Assembly (NCBI GenBank): GCA_965228855.1
Contig: CBDDIJ010000003.1
Span: 2,208,001-2,272,000 of the forward strand
Direction: 5' to 3'
Source: Candidatus Obscuribacterales bacterium
GTDB lineage: Bacteria; Cyanobacteriota; Vampirovibrionia; Obscuribacterales; Obscuribacteraceae
Length of the DNA: 64,000 nucleotides
Shown here piece after piece: positions 1 through 10,800 of this stretch. Made by a program: the position numbers and the translations under genes. The first letter of the stretch is position 1. Every line of letters begins with the position of its first letter. The notes beneath the pieces are model-generated. The model searched no databases, was not told the origin of the DNA, and was given only the letters and a program-made list of their open reading frames with translations.

Positions 1-1
1 A

Positions 2-1204
2 CCGCTTGAAACGTTAGACCTCGAAGGCACTAAGGTTTCGGACGCAGGTCTCAAAGAAGTAGCGAAAATCAGGACGCTATCCTATTTAATTTTGTCGACA
101 TCGGAAGTGACGGCATCAGGTCTTAAGTACTTAAAACCACTCAACTATCTTCGCAATCTGTACATCGGCGAATTGGTCATTAACTCTGCCGACTTGAGAA
201 GCAACGCGCTAAACTTCGCGCCGAGCTGCTCCGTCTGGTTCAATCACATAAACCAGAATGACATCAACAAACTGCGAGACGAATTTCCCGACCTAAATTT
301 CAACGAAACCTACGGCGTTATAGCGTCGCAGCGCAAGGAGGCTGAGAGTCTGGCTGCAAGGTCGAAGCGCGCGGCTTTGATAGAAGCTGCTGAAAAGTTC
401 AGAGAAATAGTCACCACTCTCGAGAGGATCTACGGCAGTGAATCCCCGCGCCTGCGTCATCCAGTTTTAAGTTTAGCGTCGGTAGAGATGAGACTTGAGA
501 AGCCTAATTCGACACAGATCAAAACTGACTTGCTCAGGTCTATAAGGCTGAGTCAAGCCGCGGCGGACGTCGAATGCGAGCATGATGGACTGCAGTTACT
601 ATCAATCGAATATTTGAGGGAATTGGATTGCGACAATGCAAGTTCTACTGTCAATAAATCACTCGACTTAGCTGAAAAGATCGAAGCCAAAAATCCGGAG
701 AGAATTCTCGAGGAATACGAAAAGTGGTCTCGCTCGATTCTGCAGTCAAGCTGTGTCGATCGGGCTCAACAGCTAGCGGACCGCGGTTTGAAATTCGCAA
801 TGCGAATGAAAAATCCCAATATGGAAATGCTCGCCGCTCTCTTCCAGGTAAAAGGAAACGTCGCGAAACACACCAAACGGTACGACGATGCGATCGCATT
901 TTTTCGAAAATCCGCGGAAGCAATGGATACGCTTAAACCATTCAACAAGAAGCAATCTATAAATCAAATTTCGAACTACGCATCTCTGGCGGACTGCGAA
1001 GGTCTTCGCAACGAAAACGAGAAAGCTTATCGCTACACGAAGAAGGCTAGAGCTCTCTGCCAGACTGGCATCCCAAGCGACACCCAGGTGCTCATTTACA
1101 CTCAAGCTCTTCATTATGGTGAGTTGATTAACTGCTCGGAAGAGGAACGACTTGCTGTTCAAGAGCGATTGGAGAAGCTGAAGGTTTCCGCTTCCAAAAG
1201 GTAG
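2..1204 (+). CDS. Leucine-rich-repeat plus TPR-like helical repeat protein (5'-truncated by window edge)
   Basis: The frame is open from base 2: PLETLDLEGTKVSDAGLKEVAKIRTLSYLILSTSEVTASGLKYLKPLNYLRNLYIG fits the LxxLxLxxTxVxDxGL LRR pattern. The C-terminal half has TPR-like helices (LFQVKGNVAKHTKRYDDAIAFFRKS). Confidence 0.75.
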   Translation, partial: PLETLDLEGTKVSDAGLKEVAKIRTLSYLILSTSEVTASGLKYLKPLNYLRNLYIGELVINSADLRSNALNFAPSCSVWFNHINQNDINKLRDEFPDLNFNETYGVIASQRKEAESLAARSKRAALIEAAEKFREIVTTLERIYGSESPRLRHPVLSLASVEMRLEKPNSTQIKTDLLRSIRLSQAAADVECEHDGLQLLSIEYLRELDCDNASSTVNKSLDLAEKIEAKNPERILEEYEKWSRSILQSSCVDRAQQLADRGLKFAMRMKNPNMEMLAALFQVKGNVAKHTKRYDDAIAFFRKSAEAMDTLKPFNKKQSINQISNYASLADCEGLRNENEKAYRYTKKARALCQTGIPSDTQVLIYTQALHYGELINCSEEERLAVQERLEKLKVSASKR

Positions 1205-1284
1205 TCTCAAATTTTTCCAAAACCATTGCGAAAGAGCGCAAATCCATAAATATATGTAGGGCAAAGCAAGGGCGATGCAAGATG

Positions 1285-1300
1285 TAGCCAATCGGCTACA
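1285..1300 (+). promoter_or_regulatory. Palindrome TAGCC-N4-GGCTA, shared with the upstream region of the second giant gene
   Basis: tagccaatcggctaca; the minus-strand reading of 42356-42371 is tagccaaatggctaca (14/16 identical). Confidence 0.4.
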
Positions 1301-1771
1301 CGATTACGCGATGAAACTTTGCCTTTTGAATACATTGCGTTCCACTTGGATATCTGCATGAACAGCGCCTTTCCAAATGTAAGGTAGCGAAAATTTTCCC
1401 TAGTTCTAATTAAGAAAACGCCAGCATTTGACACTCGAATTCTACAGCGACGAAACATTCACGCAAGTGTTCCCAGATTGGAGAGGTTTAATAAAACTCG
1501 TGTTATCAGACTCGAATCCGGCACCTCGGAACTCTTACAGCTAACTTTCGGGCCTTTTTGGGCGACCCCCTGCGTATCTTCCGTCTTTACTCTGACCGGC
1601 CAGTTGCTAAACTTCCTGAACTCGGCGATCACGAGACCATCACAACAGCATGTGTTGTGGGGCGGCTTTGCTGCGCCTTAAAAAATTCGGCTCATCAACC
1701 TTGAGCCAAGAAAACCGAGTGTTTTAACTGCCTCCATCGCAGCAAAAGGGCATGGCATCACAATTCCACTG

Positions 1772-1785
1772 GCATCCCGGAATCC
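1772..1785 (+). promoter_or_regulatory. Conserved 14-bp cis element GCATCCCGGAATCC, 32 nt upstream of the giant gene start
   Basis: An identical 14-mer lies at the same 32-nt spacing upstream of the paralog start (42143-42156, minus strand). Confidence 0.65.
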
Positions 1786-1817
1786 TGGTCAACCGTAAAT
1801 CCTAACTGGTAAACAGA

Positions 1818-4800
1818 ATGCAATCGATAAGAGTGCAATCCAACAAAACTCAATCGCGTTTCATCAGGAGGTTTGGAGCCTCCTTTTTGGCGTTCTTGAT
1901 GTTCTACAGCACGACGGCTGCGTGGGCTAACCCAGAAAGTGTGCCAGTTCAACTGAATACCTCAAACGCCAATCAAAATTGGCGGGCGGCGCGCGAGGAA
2001 TCGCGCGCTTTGCGGCATGAGATGCGCCAGGAAGCGCACATACAACGTATTGAAGATCGTCAGGTGCGAGTTAACCCGGTCGTCACTCCCGGCTTCCAGT
2101 CGGGTCTTGCGAACGAAATCCGCAATGCGCTACAAGCTGATCGAGTGCGCGGTCAGGGCGCGCTCGAACGTGGTATCACACGTGGTGAACGTAAAGAGCA
2201 AAGACAAAACGCTCAGCACCACGATAGAAACACGGCTGTTCTGTATCCGGGTCAAGTTTCAACGTTCAGAACTGCGAGACCGAATGTCCCGACTGCTTCA
2301 ACCAGAGGTTCAAATCGCAATACGTATGTTAACGACGCGGGTAATGCAAAGCTGCTCAACAAGGGCGTTTCACTAGACCTCGCTTCGACCGCAAACAACA
2401 TAACCCTCGGGAAGAATATGCTCGACGGGACGGTCACTATCGACGTGGGCGGCGTCGACAAACAATTCGCAGCGGGCGACAAAGTCACCGCCGCTGAATA
2501 CGCAGCTATCAATCAGAAAGTCGCAACAGGCTCGCAAGGTTTAACACTTTCGAACAAAGGTGCAGCTACTGGCGGAGCGTTGAATATAAACACAATCAGC
2601 GATGACGGAAAAACCATTCGAGCATCAGAACTCGTAGTACCTCAGTCAGTTTCAGTAGTTGGTGACTTCGCAAGAAACGCTGATGGTGTGCGCGTCACAG
2701 GCGACCTCAACAATGCCGGTTCACTGTATGCGGTGTCTTCGAACGCCTCAAAAAATACCGCTGTCATCGGAGCGCGTGACATAAACAACGCTCAAGGCGG
2801 TTCAATCAGCACGAACGTTCCCACTTCTGTTTCGACGCAGTTCGGCGAAGTTAACTCGACACTAGACCTTTCTCTCAAAGCAAATCGCGATTTAAACAAC
2901 GAAGGCTCAATCACAAGCTCCGGCAATCTTGAATTGTCTGCCGGAAGAAAGATCGACAACTCGGGCATCGCAGAGGCGAGCGGAAACCTCTCTCTCTCCA
3001 GCTCCAACATCAGAAACTCAGGAACTATTAGCTCCATCAATAGAAGCGTTTCGATCACAGCGCTCCCAGACATGAACATCAATGTCGATAATGCTGGCGG
3101 CGTTATCAAAGCTCAATCCGGTGACATTAACGTAACTACCGTTTCCGCCGCTAATCCGAAACTCAACACCATGTTAAACGGCGGTGACTGGCACTCAAAG
3201 CAGTTAAACGTCTCCTCGTCCGACGGCGCGGTAGATATCAATGCCGGTGACGTGACAGCTAGAGTAAACGTCAAAGCAGGAAGCGCCCATATCTATGCGG
3301 ATACAAGCGCTCTCGACATCGGAGACTTCGAGGTAAGTGGTGACCCTATCCTAAGCAGCAGCGGCGACGTCAATTTCAGCGGCAACATAGTTACCAACGG
3401 CGCGGATCTTGCGATCATCGCCGGCGGCAATGTTAACGCTAACGGTTTCAACACGATTAACACCTCCAGCAGCAGCGCTAGTGGTGGAGGTGATATCACC
3501 ATCGTCGCGGGAGCGGCATTCACTACTCCTGGGGCGACGCTAAACATCACCGGCGGCACCACCAGTGGTGGTATTCTCAATTTGGACCAACTGTCCACGC
3601 TCGATTCACGTGGGACCGGAATCAACACATCCGGAGGAGACATAAACCTGATCGCTTACTCCGGCGACACCAACAATGGCTCGATTTCCCTCGGCAACGT
3701 CGGAATACAAGCGGGCGGCACAGGCATTACAGCTAACGGCAACGTACAGATCATCGCTGGAACCGCGACAGGAAGCGCGATCAATGTCGGAGCTGTCACA
3801 AGCACTGGTGGCACCGGTGGCGGCGGAGATATCAGTATCTCCACTTCGACACCAGCCATCGTCGGCGGACAAGTTGTAATCGACAATTCGAGCCCGACTA
3901 CTGGAGGTTCAATTATCTCGGGCTCGTTCACGCCAGGTGCAACGCAAGGCTCGAGCATGTCGATCGGCAGCCTCAACGCCGCAGGAACGGTGTCACTATT
4001 AGCTGGAGAGAACTTCAACGTGCCATCTGTGACCGCGGCTAGAACAGTGGTCACATCTTTAGGCAACATTGCTTTCACTTCAACGGTCACATCGCCAGGC
4101 GGGATACTGGCAGTCTCAGCAAAAGATATCGTCAACTTAGGCGCCTCGCAGCTACGCGCGGACTCAGCCACCGGTGACGGTGGCAACATCACATTGATCG
4201 CTGGTGCTGATTTTACGCGGAACGCAAACAATGTTGCGATTAATGGCGCGTCGTCTTTCGGTGGAGTGATCGGTCTTGATCAATCTAGTCAGATTCAGAT
4301 ATTCCGGACAAGTAGCACCGCGATCGACGGAAGCGCGGGCGATATTAACCTCACGGCCTTTTTCGGTTCCGGCTTCAACGCGGGATTGATCCGCATCGGA
4401 AGCGCGGCAGCGATTGAAGCGCAAGGAAATGGTCTGGGCGCCAATGGAACCTTGTCGGTCGTTTCAGGAGCCGATCAAGTCAACGCGATCAACTTCACTG
4501 AGTTCAGAGCAGACATGGGTGCCGCTGGCACTGGCGGTGTCACCCTGAGCGCATCCGCTCCGGTTGCGAGTGCGTTGAACCCGGTCACGTTCGCAACCAC
4601 AACGACTGACTTTGCCGGCATTTCGTCCGCCAACGATTTTCTTGGCGGCAGTCGGACGCCCAACAGCACGATCGGCTTCAATAACATCTATCTTAACAGC
4701 GTTCCATTCACGCTACTGGTCGGAGCCGAAACGGGATTTAGTTCGGTCTCTGGAGCCACGTCATTCACGGCAGATTCGCTCAATAATTTGACCCTCGGCG

Positions 4801-7800
4801 CTGTCAGTGCGAACAATACGCTGCTCACAGCCCTTGGCAATATTCGCCTGAACAGCACGATCACCTCTCCCGGCGGAATTCTAGCAGTTTCGGGACACGA
4901 CATTTACAACGGAGGCGCATCGCAGCTGCGCACAGATTCCAGCACAGGAGATGGCGGCAATATCACTCTCGTCGCGGGTGCCGATTTCACAACCAACGCA
5001 AGCAACATTGCGATCAACGGCGCGTCCGACTCAGGCGGCGTTATCGGGCTGGATCAATTCAGCCAGATTCAAATATTTCGCACCAGCAGTACAGCCACCA
5101 ATGGTAGTGCGGGCGACGTGAATCTCACTGCGTTCTACGGCGACGGTTTGAATGCCGGATTGATTCGCGTTGGATCAGCCGCGACGATTGAAGCCCAAGG
5201 AAACGGACTCGGTTCAAATGGAACACTGTCGATAGTTTCCGAAGCTGATCAAGTCAATGCAATCAACTTCACGGAGTTCAGAGCAAACCTAGGTGCAGCC
5301 GGTACCGGAGGAGTTACATTGAGCGCCTCCGCTCCAATTGCTACTTCACTCAACCCCGTTACGTTCTCGACGACCTCGGACTTTGCAGGAATATCATCGG
5401 TAAACAACTTCTTTGGCGGCAGTAGGACCAGCAGCAGCACCATCGGCTTCAATTTCGTAACTCTCAACGACGCCCCCTTCACGATGTTGGTTGGTGCGGA
5501 AACCGGTTTTGTCGCAGTTACTGGTGCAACACTCTTCAAAGCAGACTCGTTGAATAACCTCAGCATGGGAGCAGTCACCGCGAACAGAACACTTCTCACT
5601 GCCCCTGGAAACATTCGACTTAATGGAATCATTACCTCTCCCGGAGGCGTGTTGGCGGTCTCGGGCCGCGATATCTACAATGGGGGTGCAGCCCAGCTCC
5701 TCGCTGACTCAAGCACCGCCGATGGCGGCAACATTACTCTCATCGCTGGTGCCGACTTCACGAGCAATGCGACCAATGTAGCAATCAACGGTGCTTCAGC
5801 TACCGGTGGTCTTATCGGAATGGACCAGGCCAGCCACCTTCAAGCTTTCAGAACTAGCAGTACTGCTACCGGTGGCAGCGCCGGCAATGTCAATCTTGCC
5901 GCTTTCGCTGGACCTGGTGTCAACGCCGGACTAGTCCACATGGGCGGAGCTGCGTTAATTGAGGCTCAGGGAGACGGTTCTGGCTCTAACGGGACCGTGA
6001 CCATTGTCGGCGGAGCAAATTTTGCCGATGCAATCAATTTCACGGAGGTCAGAACAAACCTGGGAGCAGCAGGCTCGGGTGGCGTCATACTGAGCGCATC
6101 AAATCCGGTGGCATCAGCCCTTAATCCGGTGACTTTCTCAACAATGACTGACTTTGCCGGAATGACCTCAGCTAACGATTTCTTAGGCGGCACGAGAACG
6201 ACAGTTAGCACCATTAACTTCAACGCTATAAACGTCAACAACGTTCCCGTGACGATCTTGACCGGCGCAAATGTCGGACAAGATTCTGCATCTTCCATCA
6301 CCGGTGCAAGTTTGTACCGTGTTGATTCGCTGGGCAATCTGAGTTTGAACTTTATCACTGCCAACCGAACCCTAGCCACAGCACCCGGACGAATTCGGAT
6401 GACTAACGCAATCACCTCTCCAGGAGGCATATTTGCGGTAGCCGGTTACGATATTTTCTCAGTTGGCGCACCATCGTTGTTCGCTAACTCGACCACCGGT
6501 GATGGCGGCAACATCACACTGATTGCTGGTGCAGATTTCACTGTTGGAGCGAATGATGTCTCAATACTGGGTGCTTCGGCGACTGGTGGCTACGTCGGTC
6601 TCGACCAGTCCAGCCAAGTTCAGAACATCACCACTGTAGGTGCTGACGGTTTCGATGCCGGTAATGTCAACCTCGTCGCATTCTCCGGCTCAGCAATGAC
6701 AAATCCGGGACTTGTGCGCCTGGGCGGCGCGGCTGAGGTCAAAGCGTATGCCACCGGCGGCGGTGCCAATGGCGACGTCACAATCGTCTCGGGATTTCAG
6801 GGTCCGATTCCTGACTTCACAAGTACCATAAACGCTAATGTGATAAACGTGAGCGGACCCACTGTGGTCACTAGCGCACCGGGCACTGGGAGTGTGACGC
6901 TCAGTAATTCAGCTCCAAACGCATCTGTGTCGAACCCAGTAGTGCTGACAACCAGCCAATCCGGATTCGGCAACATCACCTCCACAAACAATTTCCTCGG
7001 TGGTACACGCACCGTTGCTGGCGCTTCAATATATGTCAACGCAATTAAGGCAAACAATTCACCGGTTACATTGCTTGGCGGCAACGGCGCGCCTGGAACG
7101 ATAGCAAGCGTTAATTTTGGGGATATCAGCTCCGCAAGTCTCCTGCGCATTGACTCTCTGGGAGATGTCGTAACATCGACAGTCAACGCAAATCAAACTT
7201 TCGTGACAGCAACAGGCGTGATTCGTGTTCCAACAGTTGTAACGTCACCGGGCGGAATTTTGATGGTAGCTCGTTCAAATGTTTTCTCTGGAGGCGCGCC
7301 GCAACTACTCGCTAATGCGGCAAACGGCGACGGAGGAAACATAACGATTATCGCAGGAGCGGATTTCACTGTTGGTGCAAACGACGTGACCATCAGTGGA
7401 GGCACATCAACTGGCGGATATGTTGGTTTTGACCAATTTAGCTCAATTCAAGCGATGAGAACAAATGGTGGCGCAGGCAACGGTAACGCAGGCGACATTA
7501 CGCTTGTGGCTTTCGCTGGAACCGGCGATTTTGCAGGCGTTGTAAGAACCGGCGGAGCCGTAACAATCGAAGCTAAAGGCAATGGCACTGGTTCTAATGG
7601 TGACATTAAGGTTATCGCTGGTTCGAGTTTGACAGACGCGATTCAATTGAAGAATGTCGATTTAAACGGAGGCAGCGCCGGAACAGGAAGCATCACTCTC
7701 AGTGCATCAACGCCTTTAGCTACAAGTCTTGACCCGGTAAAAGTTGCTACAACGACTGTTGGATTCGCTGAAATTATCACGACAAACGATTTCTTGGGAG

Positions 7801-10800
7801 GCACACGCACAGGAGCTGCCACGATCGGCGTCGATACTCTCACGCTGAACAAGGCTCCAGTCACCATCCTTACAGGTGCCGACACCTCGTACGGCTTCTT
7901 GACCGGGGTGAGTAATCTACGCATCGACTCGCTAGGCACAATAAACGTCAACTCGATAAATTCCGATCAAATTTTCCTGACCGCTCTCGGTAGGGTTCGC
8001 GTAAATGGCATACTCAGCTCGCCGGGCGGCATATTAATAGTCTCCGGAAGCGACATATACTCAGGCGGTGCTCCGCAGTTCAACACCAGTTCGGCAACTG
8101 GAGACGGCGGAAATATTAGCTTGATAGCGGGCGCGGACTACGTGCTCGGCGCTAACGACATCTCCATTCGTGGCGGCACTGTCGGAGGAGGCTACGTAGG
8201 ACTCGACCAATTCAGCAGTGTCCAAGTCCTCAGAACAAATGGCGGTGGTCTGTCCGGCACCGCCGGCGACATCAACCTCGTCGCGTTCTCAGGGAATAGC
8301 AGTGTCTCGGCGGGTGTAGTCAGGACTGGTACCTCTGCATTCATCGAGGCCCTAGGAAGTGGCACCGGCGCCAACGGTGACGTCACTCTCGTTTCCGGAG
8401 CCAACGGTCCTACGGATGACGGTCTACCAACAATTTACATTCGCGGTGTAAACATCAATAGCGGTGCATCCGGCACCGGTAGCGTGATACTGAGCAACTC
8501 CACTCCGAACGCTACCATAGCCAACCAAGTCACGCTTTCTACAGTATCCGGCTCGACATTTGGTGGTATCACATCAACAAACAACTTCCTCGGTGGAGCA
8601 AGAACAAGCTTTGTCAACTCAGCAGTAAATATCTCAGATACGATTAGCACCAACAATGCCCCTGTCACATTACTTGGCGGACGTAACGTCACATTCGGAA
8701 CTATCAACGGAGCAAACCTCCTGAGAATCGACTCCCTTGGTACAGTAACAACCAATACCATCAACGCTAATCAGACTTTCATAACTGCACAGGGTAACAT
8801 TCAGCTAAATAGCGTGACAACTTCCCCTGGTGGCATCATGATGGTAGCCGGAGGAGATATCTCCTCTGGTGGTGCACCTCAATTGAACGCGACTGCGAAC
8901 GGAGATGCAGGAAACATTAGCCTACTTGCCGGCGCAGCATTTACAGAAGTTGCTGGTGGACTTCGCATTGACGGGGCATCGGCTACGGGTGGAAACTTGA
9001 ATCTCCACTTTTTCTCCGGAATTCAGGTGTTAACCGCCAATAGTACGGGAGGCGATGGTTCAGCAGGCGACATCAATCTGATTGCATTCTCTAACGGCGG
9101 CAACAATGGTTTCGTATTCACGACCGGTGGCGGGTTCTCAATTAACGCTGAGGGCAACGGCACCGGCGCCAACGGCACCGTCACCATCGTGGCAGGCGCG
9201 GACCAGAACCAGAACGCCATCGCTATGGCAAATAGTTTCACTCGCAACGGCACCGGCGGTGGTGGCGGTATAACTCTCCGAGCTGCAGCACCTCTCTTCA
9301 CTGCTCAAACAGCAACGCTATCTGGAACCAGCAACTTTGGTGGAGTTTCAGCAGGTAACTTCACCTCGGGAACTCTCTCTGCGACTGCTGATATCGCCGC
9401 TGGCGATCTGGTGACCCGTGATGGAGACATTAGTGTTTCATCACGCAACGTGAACCTGGGAAGCATCATTGCTGACGGTGGCATCGCGCCATCGACTTCC
9501 AACGGCGGAACTATCACCATAAACACGAACTCCGCGACCACGCTGAGATCCAATGGTGGCGGAGTAAACAGAATCACTTACTTGAGCGCTAGCGGCGGAG
9601 CCGTAAGTGGCGATGCCGGCACCATCTCATTGAGCAACCTCGGCGCGGGCGGAATTGATGTAACGGCAGGAAACATATTCCTGAACACGACCGACGGAAA
9701 CGGCGGAACTCTCAGCCTCAACGCACCTACATCGACCTTGACGTTGCCAGCTACCAATCTGACCATCTTCACGAATGGCACGGATCGGAACGGCGGCAGC
9801 ATCATCATCAATGCCAACGCTCTCGACAACGGAGGGAATCCATTCACCTTCACCGCCCTCGGCACCGGCACCGGTCTCGGTGGCACTGTCGACGTGACCT
9901 TGAACTCAGGCAGCATCTCAACGGGCACAGGTCCTGGTCAGTTCAATCCAGTCGTAGGCTCAGACGGAGTAATCAGACTCAAAGCGACAAACGGCGGGGT
10001 GACAGTTGCACCTTTCACATCCATCGCAGGTCGAGAAGTTAGTCTGACTGCTGGTGGCGGTGACATAACACTTACAAATGCGAACATCGTGGGTACGTCC
10101 GGAGGTCAAATCAACCTTACGAACTCGTTTGCTGCCGGGACCATCAATCAATTCGGAGCGTCGCTAATTTCGGGCGGAAACCTTTCCGTTCAAACTGTCA
10201 GTTCAGACGTGATACTCAATACAAGCGTTGAAGGTCTGAGATTTAACAGCGGCAATGGCGGCTTAATAGTCAACAACGCGTCAAGTTCCCTCACCGTCAA
10301 CTCAAGCTACACCGGTGGCACCCTCAGCATTGCCACGCCCGGAGATATGTACTTCGCGGAGAATGTCACCGCAAATGGTGGCATCACTCTCACCTCCAAC
10401 GCACCCGGGGGTCTCTTCTCGGGTCCTGGCGTTTTGAAAACATCACCCAGTTTCGTTTTAACCGTCAATCTCGGAAGCACTGGTAGTCAGGCATACCTCA
10501 ATACTGAGGTTTCCAATTTCACCGGTAACGCCACCAATGGTGGTCTAATATCTCTTACCCAGACCGGCAACATTTCTATCGGTACTGGCTCAACTTTATC
10601 CATTGATGATCTACGTGTTATCGCTGATGGAAACATCCATCTCGTCAACAATGTAGTTGCAGATCCTGTTTCACTCATCTCGACAACAGACATTCTTCTC
10701 AGTGCAGACATCACCGCAAATGATGGCATCCTCTTAGTTTCAGGTGGAAACATCAGAACGGATATCGTCGGGCTCGATATAAACGGTTCGGGAACGCATG

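Noticed and set aside
1215..1250. Resemblance to a c-di-GMP-I riboswitch (aaaccattgcgaaagagcgcaaa); a similar ggcaaaccattg occurs at ~45839
   Set aside because: The P2 pairing, GACGCAAA context and second hairpin are not present.
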